A stretch of 64,000 bases of DNA from Thermoanaerobaculia bacterium (GCA_035593605.1 DAOSWS010000005.1:52834-116833), one strand, 5' to 3'; counted from the first letter of the stretch, positions 9,809 through 20,143 are shown. Program-made: numbers and translations. The notes: generated by a model from the letters alone, not told the origin.

Positions 9809-10732
9809 TTATGGTTTATGGAAGGGTATATCGTGCTTGTGATTGACCAGTTGGAATACAGATATGTGTGGATCATAGGGAATATATAGAAACGCATATA
9901 CTCGATCTTCTTGAGAGTTATACACCAATCTTGACCCACTCATGTCATCTTTGGACTGCACAATCTCGATTAAATACTCCCAAGAATAGTTATGAAAGAG
10001 AAGAAGATGCAAAGTTGTGACGTATAGGATACCTCCGTGTGCTGGTGAAAACACGCTTGCGAAATACTGATTGATAGGCGTACTCGGAGGATCAATTTCT
10101 GTCCATGTTGCTCCATCCCACATCCAGACATCAAATGCAGTGGGACCTCGTGGCAGAATGCATTTGTCAATAATGGGATCGTAGGAAAAAGCGGGATTTT
10201 CAGGTATTATAGTATCGAGATAGGTTGTAAGTATGGAAAGATCGTACTCCCATGTTTGGTAATAACCTGAATAGCCCATTCCGGGAAGAATATATACACC
10301 TCTATTTGAATCATATGCTACTACTTGTCCGCTTAGAGATAATTCCTCATGCAGTATCCAGTTCAATGCCTCATAATCCCAAATTAATACGTGGGTTTTA
10401 GCAATGGGATAAAGAGGACGTGAGCGGAAATCTACCATTGTCTGAAGCGTGGGATCAAAGAACATAGACATATCCAGCATGTCGTATCTGACAGAACCGC
10501 TATTCAATAGTGTCAACCTTCTTCCTTCCAGCATCCATGTGTCCACTCCGTCTGTACCATTCTGCACAGTAAGAATAAAGTGATTTTGGGCGGGATTAAA
10601 CGCAACATGAAATCTGCCTGACTTCACCATGGAATCACTTCCGAATGTGGTTACCTGCTCCCATTTCCATTCAGCAGACAGGAAGGTAGAGGCTAATAGG
10701 AGGATGATTAACAGAATCTTACGGTTGAGCAT
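9809..10732 (-). CDS. hypothetical secreted beta-rich protein (low-GC cassette)
   Basis: Signal peptide (MLNRKILLIILLLASTFLSA). Trp/Tyr-rich protein with no recognisable catalytic motif. Region GC is clearly lower than its flanks. Confidence 0.4.
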   Translation of the reverse strand: MLNRKILLIILLLASTFLSAEWKWEQVTTFGSDSMVKSGRFHVAFNPAQNHFILTVQNGTDGVDTWMLEGRRLTLLNSGSVRYDMLDMSMFFDPTLQTMVDFRSRPLYPIAKTHVLIWDYEALNWILHEELSLSGQVVAYDSNRGVYILPGMGYSGYYQTWEYDLSILTTYLDTIIPENPAFSYDPIIDKCILPRGPTAFDVWMWDGATWTEIDPPSTPINQYFASVFSPAHGGILYVTTLHLLLFHNYSWEYLIEIVQSKDDMSGSRLVYNSQEDRVYAFLYIPYDPHISVFQLVNHKHDIPFHKP

Positions 10733-11141
10733 TCTCTTCCTTTTTCCGTTTCCTATATTCTAGCCAAGATGTAACCCAGTATATGACTGCAGTGATACCC
10801 AAGATGCAGTAGAAAATCGGATTCAGCAGTGCTCCGTCTATTATCTGAAGGTTTTGAAACATTATAAGAAAGGCTATGGAAAAGAATATAGCACCTAATA
10901 AGTAGAAGGAGAGGAAGTTACCTTCACTGATATCCCCCCAATAGCGAAGAGGGAAATATAGCATCAGGTAAATTCCTGCCATGATGATAAACCCACCATA
11001 CGGGGTTGACCCAGTAACCATCTCTTTAGGAACAATGTTCATCCAGTGCAGAATCATCAGTGCCAGCCCTGGGTAACAAAGGACAAGACAGAAAATCAGG
11101 ATTATTCGAACTTGTTTGTGGGTATGAATTTCTTCTCCCAT
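10719..11141 (-). CDS. hypothetical small membrane protein (about 4 TM)
   Basis: Four hydrophobic helices and a KRKKEEN basic C-terminus. Overlaps the downstream gene by 14 nt, so coupled. Same low-GC cassette. Confidence 0.4.
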   Translation of the reverse strand: MGEEIHTHKQVRIILIFCLVLCYPGLALMILHWMNIVPKEMVTGSTPYGGFIIMAGIYLMLYFPLRYWGDISEGNFLSFYLLGAIFFSIAFLIMFQNLQIIDGALLNPIFYCILGITAVIYWVTSWLEYRKRKKEENAQP

Positions 11142-11321
11142 GGCAGGTCAATGATATCAGAGTCTCGTTTTTGATCTACAATTCCGGCGACACGATACCT
11201 ATTTCTTGGATTTTCTTCCTGTGGCTATTGCTGGGTCTCTTCGAATCCAGTTTCCATGGTTGGGGTTCATCCTGCAGTTTACTAATCTGGCTGCCCCGCT
11301 GGAGTGCTGGATCTCCTGATT

Positions 11322-11843
11322 TCAGACGGTGGTCTTCTTTGACTCCAGGTGGCGTTCGATCAGGTAGACGAGCTGGTCTTCCATCGTCGAGTCATAGCCG
11401 GAGAAGGTCATGATCAGAGAGCCCTTTGAATCCTGAACAAAGGTCGTGGGCAGGCTCTCAACACCTGCGGAGGAACTTCCCTCCATCAATCGATAGGCAG
11501 GCAGGGCTTCCAAGTCCTTCTTTTTAAGAAATTTCGTCACCACGGAAGATTTCGCGTCAAGACTGATGGTGATGAGCCGGACACCCCGGTCCCTGTAACG
11601 TTCGGCCACCTTCATCAGGACCGGAAGCTCCACACGGCATGGAGGGCACCAGGTGGCCCAGAAATTTACGATGGTGATCGTTCCCTGGAGATCCTCCAGC
11701 CGGTAAGTTTTCGTACCGTCCAGGTTGATCAAACGCATGCCGTTCAGGTTTGACGAAGCGCACAGGGAGGAAAATACGAGGAAAATCGAGAGTGTAATCA
11801 GAAGAATACGATGACGCATGGAGGAATTATAGCACGGGGCCAT
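11322..11843 (-). CDS. TlpA/ResA-like thiol-disulfide oxidoreductase (thioredoxin fold)
   Basis: Signal peptide or anchor. WATWCPPC active-site motif. 173 aa. Confidence 0.75.
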   Translation of the reverse strand: MAPCYNSSMRHRILLITLSIFLVFSSLCASSNLNGMRLINLDGTKTYRLEDLQGTITIVNFWATWCPPCRVELPVLMKVAERYRDRGVRLITISLDAKSSVVTKFLKKKDLEALPAYRLMEGSSSAGVESLPTTFVQDSKGSLIMTFSGYDSTMEDQLVYLIERHLESKKTTV

Positions 11844-11853
11844 TTGCGCGGAG

Positions 11854-12603
11854 TCAGCCCAGAAGGTCGACGATTCCGCCTACCGTGGGAATCACATGGT
11901 CCGGCCGGACTCCAGATTTTATTACGCGTTCCTCCCTGTATTTCCCGGTCTTGACAAGGATGCCGGTCATCCCCAGCCGCTGTGCGGCGCCTACATCGCT
12001 TTCGATATCGTCCCCCACCATGGTGGTAGTCTCCGGCGTTCCTCCGAGGAGGTCCATTGCGATTTTGAAATAGTCCGGGGAAGGCTTTCCAACGATTCGA
12101 GCTTCTGTCTGCGAGGCATATTCAAGGAGGGAGACATAGCCGCCCAGATCCAGATGAAATCTTCCGCCCGCCTGCCAGTATCGATTCTTATGGAGGGCGA
12201 TCAGAGTGGCTCCTTCGAAGAGAAGGTGAAAAATTTCTGTCAACCTCTGATGAGTAAAATCGCTTTGCAGATCGGCCAGTACAACCACCTCCGGAGGATC
12301 GGTTTCGCAGATCCCTGAAAAATCGGGTCTGAGGTTGTCCGGGATATAGAGCCTGCATCGCTTTCCATTTTCGAGCAGGAGCTGCCTTGCGACACGTCCG
12401 GGCGTCACGATACGATCACGGGTAATGCCCGGATCGATCGGCCTCAGACGTTCCAGGATCTGCTCCGTGGAGTAAAGGGTTGTATTGGTCAGATAGAGAA
12501 AGGAAATACCTTTCTTTTTGCAGGCGGCAATGGCATCCTTCGAACCGGGAATCGGAGCCCAGTCCTCCAGGAGTACGCCGTCGATGTCAAAGAGATAGTT
12601 CAT
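11854..12603 (-). CDS. HAD-superfamily hydrolase, subfamily IIA (NagD-like phosphatase)
   Basis: N-terminal FDIDGVL motif I. C-terminal GDxxxxD motif (MVGDDIESDV). 249 aa. Confidence 0.7.
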   Translation of the reverse strand: MNYLFDIDGVLLEDWAPIPGSKDAIAACKKKGISFLYLTNTTLYSTEQILERLRPIDPGITRDRIVTPGRVARQLLLENGKRCRLYIPDNLRPDFSGICETDPPEVVVLADLQSDFTHQRLTEIFHLLFEGATLIALHKNRYWQAGGRFHLDLGGYVSLLEYASQTEARIVGKPSPDYFKIAMDLLGGTPETTTMVGDDIESDVGAAQRLGMTGILVKTGKYREERVIKSGVRPDHVIPTVGGIVDLLG

Positions 12604-13486
12604 CCAGAGAGCGGAGAAAGGTCAAACCCTTCCACCATGCCAGGGTCATCCATATCCTTAGAATCATGAAGACCTCCTGTCCTGCAAAGCCAAATCCCGT
12701 CATTTCCAGAAGCTCCCGGCTGAGGGACCAGAGGATGTGGAGACCTGTCACCAGAAAAAGAATTGTGGCCAGGTAGAGGAGGGCCGAAGGGAAACGGCGA
12801 AAGGACGTTGCGATTCCATCCACGGCCGACACCCAGAATCCGTGGCTGTCGGGAGAGGCAATCGCCACGCGGGCAAAATCGAGTATGATTTTCAGCCATA
12901 GCATCAGGAGGAGGAAGAGAATCACGGGAATCCAGTGGAAGATGAGGTAGAGGAATTCCGTGGGTGCCGGGTCAAAGAGGTTTGAAATCAGTTCTCCGCC
13001 CCGGATCAAGACAATCTGGTAAAGAAGAATCAGAAGAAAGAGCTGCAGCAGAAAAATGAGAAAATATGACGGAAAGAGACGCATGCAGTCACACCCGAAG
13101 TCCTTCAGGTTGAGCCGGGTTCCACGTTGCCAGTGTCCGAGGATTCCACCAAGAATAAGGGCCCAGAAGATAAGGTAGAGGACTACGGTCACCGCTATGG
13201 AAGAAGGAATGGTTCCGTTGCGGAAAAAATCCCCGAGTACCTGCAACCCCTCAAAGGAGAGAAACTGCTGGAGAGGTTCCAACGACCCCAGTGCCTGTGG
13301 ATCCCTGTCCATCATCAGGGAAAGGGTGTCACCGTTGACCTGGGTTCCCGGGTGGGGAGCCAGAGTGTGATGGGCGTAGGCGTTCCAGAGGAGTGCGGGT
13401 ACGGCGGCCAGGAGGATGTTACCCACAAGGACCAGGAGGATGAAACGGACTTTGAATGCCAGGAGGATCTCTCTCAGAATACGCAT
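12587..13486 (-). CDS. hypothetical polytopic membrane protein
   Basis: Multiple hydrophobic helices. Overlaps the neighbouring gene ends, indicating operon packing. No recognisable motif. Confidence 0.4.
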   Translation of the reverse strand: MRILREILLAFKVRFILLVLVGNILLAAVPALLWNAYAHHTLAPHPGTQVNGDTLSLMMDRDPQALGSLEPLQQFLSFEGLQVLGDFFRNGTIPSSIAVTVVLYLIFWALILGGILGHWQRGTRLNLKDFGCDCMRLFPSYFLIFLLQLFLLILLYQIVLIRGGELISNLFDPAPTEFLYLIFHWIPVILFLLLMLWLKIILDFARVAIASPDSHGFWVSAVDGIATSFRRFPSALLYLATILFLVTGLHILWSLSRELLEMTGFGFAGQEVFMILRIWMTLAWWKGLTFLRSLDELSL

Positions 13487-15318
13487 GAGGCAACCTCCAT
13501 GACGTTCTGGACGGTAAAGAGGATCCAGCGGGTAAAGGTGAAGCCTGCAATTCGAGCCGGTCGGAACCTCTGGGAATTGTTGAGAGGATTATCATCCAGA
13601 AAGAGTATTCCGTCCGGGTCGATTTCGACACTGTGAAACGTCGCGTCGCTGTTGAGGCGATACCGTATCCACCGTGCCTGTCCGTTCCACCGTTTCTTAA
13701 TTCTTCGTCCGTCCGAGAGCGTGAAGGTGATGTCCACGGGTAATGTGATATCGCCCGTTCTCACAATCAGGGCTTCCGTCGGTTTCAGATCTTCCACCCG
13801 GAGATCAAACCCGTTCCTTGAACTCACGAGGGTGCGGAACAGTCTCGCCCACGAGTTTCCGGCCTTTTCTCCAACGATCCGGATGAAATCTTCCGGCGCA
13901 GGATGGGAAAAAGCGTAGCGTTGCGCGTAGGTGGAAAGAATGTCGATCATTACCTCTTCGCCTGCGAGGTTTTCAAGGGTCCGCAGGGCCATGGCCGGAC
14001 GATTGTAAGCATTGGCACGGTAGGAAGGCCAGTTGGCCATCCTGAATCCTGAGGTGTCCATCGTGTCGGTTTTCGGATCTTCGTAATATCTGGAATTGAT
14101 ACGCCGGAAAGGGTGCATGGGAAAGGCAGAAAAGGATACGGGGAATTCCCAGATTCTCAATGCGGGGGTGAGTTCCGGTTTCAGGCTTTCCATCAGCCGG
14201 GCTGAGGTGTAGGTTGTCAGTCCTTCATCCAGCCAGGGATGTTCCACCTCATCTGAACCCACGATGCCATAGAAATATTGATGTCCGAACTCATGGGCCA
14301 CGACATAGGCAGGATCCAGGTTTCCTTCCGACAGAAGATGACGGGTGGCGGCAATGATCATGGTCGGATATTCCATTCCGCCGCTGCCCCGTGTCGCGTG
14401 CCAGGGAGGAACCACAATGGAGAAGTGATCGTATGGATAGGGACCGACCCAGCGTGCATAGTGATCCATGCTGGCTTTGATGGCCCGGATGTACTCCTCC
14501 TCCTGGTAGCGGTACTCTCCCGGCATCAGGAGGGTGATTAGAATTGAATGCCCGGATAGGGGGGCATACTCGAGGGAGGTGGTTTCCAGACCCTTGCCGC
14601 ATACCCATGCAAAATCATGGATGGAATCCTGGGCGATGGTGACAAGTTCCAGCCCGGACTCCCCTGAACTCCGGCCGGTCACCTTTCCGGTAGCCGCCAG
14701 AACGTAGTCTCTGGGGATCTGGAGTGAAACCTGATAATCGGCATAGTCAGCAAAGAATTCGGTGGAAATATGGTACTGGTGACAATTCCATCCCTGATCT
14801 GAGAATACTCCCATTTTGGGGTACCACTGGGTGACCTGAAAATAGTCCTTTGCGTACCCGGAACGAAGGAGAATGGATGGCAGGACTGCGGTCCACTTGA
14901 TATGCAGGGAAATTGAATCTCCAGGCAGAACCGGACGGGGAGGGATGACTTCCATGACGGTTCGATCCGCTGGATTTCCATCGTCGGGTGAAATGAAACT
15001 GTATTCGAGGGGGTCGCCTTCCGTCTGTCGAACCTCATGAAGATCAATCCTGCCAAACCTTACGGCTCCGTGAGCTCTCATGTCCAGCCATGAGCCAGCC
15101 TCGACAGCCATGGTCGATTCGCCGTCGGCAAAGGCGTTCAGGTAGAGGTGAAGTCGAAGCGTTCTTGCCGGAATTGTGGCTGTGTTTGTCCAGACAATCT
15201 CTTCGTCGCAATCGAGACTATGAGAATCGACGTCGAGCCGGGCGTGAATCTCGTACGAAAGCGGGAGGATGCTGGACGCGGCCATAAACAGGAAAAGAGA
15301 GAATAGAGCCCGTACCAT
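13474..15318 (-). CDS. M1-family zinc aminopeptidase (secreted)
   Basis: GGMEYP (GxMEN-like) motif. HEFGH-X18-E gluzincin motif (VAHEFGHQYFYG…WLDEGLTTY). Start set at Met 15318 (MVRALFSLFLFMAASS signal peptide) because the longer ORF to 16038 overlaps the opposite-strand NfeD/SPFH genes. Confidence 0.75.
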   Translation of the reverse strand: MVRALFSLFLFMAASSILPLSYEIHARLDVDSHSLDCDEEIVWTNTATIPARTLRLHLYLNAFADGESTMAVEAGSWLDMRAHGAVRFGRIDLHEVRQTEGDPLEYSFISPDDGNPADRTVMEVIPPRPVLPGDSISLHIKWTAVLPSILLRSGYAKDYFQVTQWYPKMGVFSDQGWNCHQYHISTEFFADYADYQVSLQIPRDYVLAATGKVTGRSSGESGLELVTIAQDSIHDFAWVCGKGLETTSLEYAPLSGHSILITLLMPGEYRYQEEEYIRAIKASMDHYARWVGPYPYDHFSIVVPPWHATRGSGGMEYPTMIIAATRHLLSEGNLDPAYVVAHEFGHQYFYGIVGSDEVEHPWLDEGLTTYTSARLMESLKPELTPALRIWEFPVSFSAFPMHPFRRINSRYYEDPKTDTMDTSGFRMANWPSYRANAYNRPAMALRTLENLAGEEVMIDILSTYAQRYAFSHPAPEDFIRIVGEKAGNSWARLFRTLVSSRNGFDLRVEDLKPTEALIVRTGDITLPVDITFTLSDGRRIKKRWNGQARWIRYRLNSDATFHSVEIDPDGILFLDDNPLNNSQRFRPARIAGFTFTRWILFTVQNVMEVASCVF

Positions 15319-15375
15319 AAGCGTAGTGTAACACATGGAGTGCAATGATCGTGGAAAAATTTCGGAGGTGAATTC

Positions 15376-15810
15376 ATGAACTACACCCTTTGGGGCTGGT
15401 TGATCCTGGCCGCGCTTTTCTTTGTCGCGGAGATGTTCACGGCCGGGTTCTTTCTTGCCTGCTTTGCCGTTGGATGCCTGGGGGCGGCGGGATTGGGAGC
15501 CCTGGGAGTCGGGCTCTGGTGGCAGGTCGGCGCCTTTGCCGTTCTTTCGTTGATCACCTTCTTCTTTACCCGACGGATTGCGGAGAGGGTCACCGGTGAT
15601 CAGCCGATGGGAGTTGGCATTGACCGTGTCCTGGGTAAGCAGGGGCTGGTCCTCGAGACGATTGACACCGTGAGGGCAAAGGGAATGGTCCGTGTCGATC
15701 GAGAAGAGTGGCGCGCAATTACTGAAGATGGGAGTGTGATCGAAGCTGAATCGGTCATTCGGGTTACCGGCGTTGACGGTACCAAGCTTGTTGTCAAAAA
15801 GGAGGAATAA
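15376..15810 (+). CDS. NfeD-family membrane protein (short form, OB-fold C-terminus)
   Basis: Two to three N-terminal TM helices followed by a small soluble beta domain. Immediately upstream of, and coupled to, an SPFH gene, the canonical NfeD-SPFH operon arrangement. Confidence 0.7.
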   Translation: MNYTLWGWLILAALFFVAEMFTAGFFLACFAVGCLGAAGLGALGVGLWWQVGAFAVLSLITFFFTRRIAERVTGDQPMGVGIDRVLGKQGLVLETIDTVRAKGMVRVDREEWRAITEDGSVIEAESVIRVTGVDGTKLVVKKEE

Positions 15811-15811
15811 G

Positions 15812-16762
15812 ATGCCTGTCATTTTCGCGTTTGCCCTATTCGTCATTTTCTTTGTCATGATGGGGGTCCGGGTTGTGAAACCCTTCCAGAAGGGTGTTGT
15901 AGAAAGGCTCGGGAAGTACAGGAGAACCGCACATCCGGGAATTACACTGCTCATTCCGATCTTTGACAAAATGCATAAGATAGACATGCGGGAGCAGGTG
16001 GTGGACGTTCCGCCCCAGGAAGTCATCACGAAAGACAACGTTGTTGTAACCGTGGATGCCGTGGTCTATTACGAGGCCACCGACCCGGTCAAGCTGGTGT
16101 ATAACGTCGCGGATTTTTATATGGCGGCTACAAAACTTGCCCAGACCAACCTTAGAAATGTTGTGGGTGATATGGAACTGGATCAGGCCCTCACCAGCCG
16201 GGATGCGATCAATACGAAACTGAGAGAAGTCCTGGATGACGCCACCGATAAGTGGGGAACCCGGGTTGTACGCGTCGAGATTCAGCGTATCGATCCTCCG
16301 GGAGATGTCACCCAGGCCATGCACCGCCAGATGAAGGCCGAGCGGGATAAACGTGCCCAGGTTCTCGAAGCGGACGGTGAAAAACAGGCGAAAGTCTTGC
16401 GTGCTGAGGGAGAAGCCGAAGCCATTCGAAAGGTCGCAGAAGCCAACCGTTTCAAGCTCCTTACCGAAGCCCAGGGTGAAGGGGAGGCGATCACGACGGT
16501 TTTTTCTGCTATTCGAAAGGCGGAACCCGATGACAAGCTGATTGCGATCCGCTATCTCGATGCCCTGAAGGTGATCGCGGATGGAAAAGCCAATAAGCTT
16601 TTTCTCCCCTATGAAGCTTCAGGGATCCTGGGAGCCCTGGGAGGAGTCAGGGAGATTTTTAAGGACCAGGATGAAGGAATGCCGACTCCTCCTGTACCTG
16701 AAAATAAGGGACAGCGTCAGAAGAAAAGCAGGGAAAGCTACAATTTCGAAGGGGAAAGTTGA
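15812..16762 (+). CDS. SPFH/band-7 (stomatin/prohibitin-like) protein
   Basis: GGAGG RBS at 15801-15805 and ATG at 15812, one nt after the NfeD stop. N-terminal TM anchor. Band-7 core (…[19 protein letters not shown]…). Ala/Glu-rich coiled-coil C-terminus. Confidence 0.85.
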   Translation: MPVIFAFALFVIFFVMMGVRVVKPFQKGVVERLGKYRRTAHPGITLLIPIFDKMHKIDMREQVVDVPPQEVITKDNVVVTVDAVVYYEATDPVKLVYNVADFYMAATKLAQTNLRNVVGDMELDQALTSRDAINTKLREVLDDATDKWGTRVVRVEIQRIDPPGDVTQAMHRQMKAERDKRAQVLEADGEKQAKVLRAEGEAEAIRKVAEANRFKLLTEAQGEGEAITTVFSAIRKAEPDDKLIAIRYLDALKVIADGKANKLFLPYEASGILGALGGVREIFKDQDEGMPTPPVPENKGQRQKKSRESYNFEGES

Positions 16763-16867
16763 TTCAATCGTCAGGCAAACACCGAACGGGGCCGCCGTGT
16801 GCGGCCCCGAATCGTTTCTGCCTGCCGAATGGTTAAGAAGGAGAATTGCCCGTCCGGGAATTCGGAT

Positions 16868-18319
16868 TTATTCTTTACCCGCCTGAATCGGGTAGGGGGA
16901 TAGAAGAAAGTCAATTACATCAGAGGCGGAATATGTGTATTCGCCGGGCCGGACAAGTTGCTGAATACTGGAAAAATCTTCTCCGCTCGTAAGCAGGGGA
17001 AGCTCGTCCTTATGGTCTTCCCGGACCTGTGCCATTCCAATGTTGGCCATGAGGCCATTGCAAAGGCACTTTCGTCCTACCGTATCTTCTCGCCTCCCTC
17101 CCTTGCGGACATAGGACTCAGGATCTTCGGCCGGGCAGCGCCATACCAGCGTTCCATCCGGAAGCTCGATGGCCTCCCGGAGGTAGCCCAGATCGCAATG
17201 ACGATAGCGCTTCTGGTAGATGTTTGATTCAGAGAGGGTACCCTTCAATACGAGAACTTTAAAGGGAAAGCCTGCCGGGGATGCGATAGGATCCGTAAAG
17301 ACCCGGAGTTGTCCCTGAAGGGCTCTCTGTATGATGTCGCGTTTAAGATCTTCTCGTAAACCGGACTCCTCACAGAACGCAAAGAGAAGACCTACCTGAA
17401 CTCCACTGGCACCTGCAGCGGTGGCTTCCTGAAGTTTTCGCGGGCTTCCGTAGGAACCGGCAAGCCAGAAGGGAAGTTCCAGAGACTGGATCGCTGTGAG
17501 GTCGATTTCATCCCGGACCCCGTATACGGGCTCACCCTCAGAACTGAGCTTTGGATGGCCTCGCGGCGGAGCGTTATGACCACCCGCTGAGGGCCCCTCA
17601 ATGATCAAGCCGTCCACCTTGCCCGAGCATTTTTTTATCAGCATGTTGGCCAGGGTGACCGAAGATAAAATGGGGAAAAACCCGGGGCGTCGTAAAGAAG
17701 GCACAGGACCGTCGAAGAAGCGTTTCGGATCAAACGTCATGGTGTGTTTCTGTTCGCCCTCCGCACCCCTGACAGTAAGTTCCAGGCTCGCTGACTCCAA
17801 CCGGCACAGGTTATCCAGGATCCCGGGAATTGCAACAGGAATTCCGGCACCCACGATGATATAGTCAACCCCTGCCAGAATGGCTCCGTAGAGGGAGGGT
17901 AACAGCGGTGTCTGAATCTTGTTCAGATAGTTGATCCCCACAACGCCATCATGACCCTCTTTTGCGAGATAGACCTCCACAAAGTTTGCGGCAACCAGTA
18001 ACTCCTCCAGGTGACGGCCAGGTTTAAGACCCACCATGGGTTTGCCTGCAAAAGGTTGATCGGGAGCCTTCCCTCCGGGAATAAAATATTGATCGAGGAT
18101 GCGCCGGGCCACATTGGGATCCGGAAGAGCGGAGAGGGCACGGCGCATATGACCGCCAGGGTCGCCTAACTGGAGGCGCCGGGTCAGGATTAGATCGATT
18201 ACCGTTCCTGAAACCACACCCAGCTGACCTCGCATGGAAACCGCACGGGCGAGCTGCCAGTTTGAAACTCCCGCCCCCATCCCCCCCTGAATGATTCTCG
18301 GGAAAATTCTGTCTACCAT
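16868..18319 (-). CDS. nitronate monooxygenase / 2-nitropropane dioxygenase (NMO/FabK-like) family flavin oxidoreductase with Cys-rich C-terminal extension
   Basis: N-terminal IQGGMGAGVS FMN-binding motif typical of the NMO family. 483 aa, with an additional C-terminal segment of about 120 aa containing several Cys. Confidence 0.65.
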   Translation of the reverse strand: MVDRIFPRIIQGGMGAGVSNWQLARAVSMRGQLGVVSGTVIDLILTRRLQLGDPGGHMRRALSALPDPNVARRILDQYFIPGGKAPDQPFAGKPMVGLKPGRHLEELLVAANFVEVYLAKEGHDGVVGINYLNKIQTPLLPSLYGAILAGVDYIIVGAGIPVAIPGILDNLCRLESASLELTVRGAEGEQKHTMTFDPKRFFDGPVPSLRRPGFFPILSSVTLANMLIKKCSGKVDGLIIEGPSAGGHNAPPRGHPKLSSEGEPVYGVRDEIDLTAIQSLELPFWLAGSYGSPRKLQEATAAGASGVQVGLLFAFCEESGLREDLKRDIIQRALQGQLRVFTDPIASPAGFPFKVLVLKGTLSESNIYQKRYRHCDLGYLREAIELPDGTLVWRCPAEDPESYVRKGGRREDTVGRKCLCNGLMANIGMAQVREDHKDELPLLTSGEDFSSIQQLVRPGEYTYSASDVIDFLLSPYPIQAGKE

Positions 18320-18606
18320 AGACAGGGATTGTCGATACCCGGAGTGTTCGCTTCGACCGTTCTTCTGCTCAAGCGAAAAAATTTAATGGATTGTGCAGAT
18401 TCCTTTTGAATACAGACACAGTCCTGTCGTGTACAAAGGATCGTGGGGACATTTCGGTGAGTGCACCTCCCATACCGTAACATGGATTCAGTCTACCGAT
18501 GGGAGTGCAAGAAGTCAATCTGTGATTGAATTTCAGGGCCAGGGTTCGCCTCCTGAGGTCCATTATTTCTGGCTAATTCAGATGATGTTAATGGAGTCCT
18601 TTTCTG

Positions 18607-19122
18607 TCAGTCCTGAAGACTCCCCTTCACCGGCGTGCCCATGAGGGCGACCCTGTAAGGGTGGAGTCTGGCGAGAAAAAGGCCGCTTTTCACCGCAGGA
18701 TCTCCCTCCATGATGGACCGGGCTTCCTCTTCGGTCTCGACGTTCAGAAGAACCAGCCCCATCGACTCCGCATCCTGTGTGCGTCCTGCGAGAATTAAAA
18801 GCCCCGCGGCCTGGAGTGACTTAAGGTAGGTCACATGCTGTTCCACGGTCTGGATCTGAGATTCGGTCCATGCCGACTCGTCAAGGGGGTCAACCGTGGA
18901 GGAGAGCACGATAAGGTACTGGATGGGAGGCCTTTCGGCTTCACCTTTTACAATACCCGGCTTTGAGTCCGGTGGGGAGTCGATGCATAACAGCGGAAAC
19001 GTAACCATCAGGATAAAAAGAAAAATGAATGTTGCTCGCAGCATGTCCATAATCTCCCGTAGTGAAAATTCAGTTCTGCGCTTCAATGAAAGGTAACTTA
19101 CCTGAATCCTTAATATTACCAC
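18607..19122 (-). CDS. YciI-like (Dabb-fold) small secreted protein
   Basis: Signal peptide. YciI-like core (…VEQHVTYLKSLQAAGLLILAGRT…GLVLLNVETEEEARSIMEGDP…). Confidence 0.45.
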   Translation of the reverse strand: MVILRIQVSYLSLKRRTEFSLREIMDMLRATFIFLFILMVTFPLLCIDSPPDSKPGIVKGEAERPPIQYLIVLSSTVDPLDESAWTESQIQTVEQHVTYLKSLQAAGLLILAGRTQDAESMGLVLLNVETEEEARSIMEGDPAVKSGLFLARLHPYRVALMGTPVKGSLQD

Positions 19123-19199
19123 TTGCAGGTGTTTCTATCGGCTCGAAATTGAATCATGGAAGGGCGCGTGGATCAAAGGACCCGGAAATGGATCCCGTG

Positions 19200-20075
19200 T
19201 CAGTGTCGAAGAGTCCCGATAGCTCGTGAAAGCAGGTTGGAAATCTGAATTCCTGCCTTCAGGTTACTGTCCATCCTGGGGTGATAGCAGGTCACATCCA
19301 TGCCGAGAACTCTTCCCGAGCAGAGAATTATTTTCATAAAGGTTTCGGCTTCGTCAAAGGAAAGCCCATCAAGCTCCGGAAAGCAGACCGGGACCAGCCG
19401 GGGGTCCAGGACATCGACATCGAAGTGAAGCCAGATATTTTCGTTTTTGTTGGAAAGGAAATCCAGTGCCCTTTCAGCGGCTACCTCAACACCATCCATT
19501 TTCATTCTGGCACGGTCTAGAACGGCAATGGAAGTACGGTCGACAAGATCTCTCTCCCGGATTCCGGCAATCACGATGTCACTGTCATCCAGCAGAGGGA
19601 AGTGACCCGGCCAGAGATGGCTCTTCGCCGGACCTCTTCCCGTAAGTAAGGTGGTGATAAGTTCTGCAGCCTCTCCCGAGGGGGAGAGATCCGGCATTCT
19701 GCAATCAGCATGAGCGTCAAAATAGACCAGTCCCGGTTTCCGATCCAGGAGAGCCAGGCCGGCTATGATGCCGTAGAGAATAGCGCAGTCGCCTCCCAGA
19801 ATGAGAAGAAAGTCATCTTTTTTCATCAGACGGGACGTTTCCTTGGCCAGATGTTGCGAAAATTTTTTCCATGCGCTGACGTGGAGGATTCTGGAATCAG
19901 GATCCCTGAATCCATCGCACTCCGGAACGGAGAGGTCTCCTTCGTCAATCACCGTAAGATCTTCTCTCTCGAGGTATTTCAGAATACCTGCCTCACGGAG
20001 TCCATACGCTGGATTTTCCTCCCTGGGTGATGTTCCATCACTGTTAAAGGGTGCGCCAAAGACTCGAACCTTCAT
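19200..20075 (-). CDS. arginase/agmatinase/formiminoglutamase-family ureohydrolase
   Basis: Mn-binding motifs GGDCAI, DAHAD and HFDVDVLDP. 291 aa. Confidence 0.7.
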   Translation of the reverse strand: MKVRVFGAPFNSDGTSPREENPAYGLREAGILKYLEREDLTVIDEGDLSVPECDGFRDPDSRILHVSAWKKFSQHLAKETSRLMKKDDFLLILGGDCAILYGIIAGLALLDRKPGLVYFDAHADCRMPDLSPSGEAAELITTLLTGRGPAKSHLWPGHFPLLDDSDIVIAGIRERDLVDRTSIAVLDRARMKMDGVEVAAERALDFLSNKNENIWLHFDVDVLDPRLVPVCFPELDGLSFDEAETFMKIILCSGRVLGMDVTCYHPRMDSNLKAGIQISNLLSRAIGTLRH

Positions 20076-20143
20076 GATCGCCTCTCCTCGGTTGAATTTC
20101 AGCCTGATCCCTGTCTATATTGTGCCCGCGGCCTGGTTTGAAG

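Noticed and set aside
9700-11320. Low-GC segment as a prophage or integrative element
   Set aside because: No integrase, transposase or tRNA is adjacent, and the segment holds only two small orphan genes. It is described as a compositional island only.
15319-16038. N-terminal 240 codons of the 854-aa minus-strand ORF
   Set aside because: Overlaps the well-supported NfeD and SPFH genes on the opposite strand. The M1 peptidase signal peptide begins at Met 15318.
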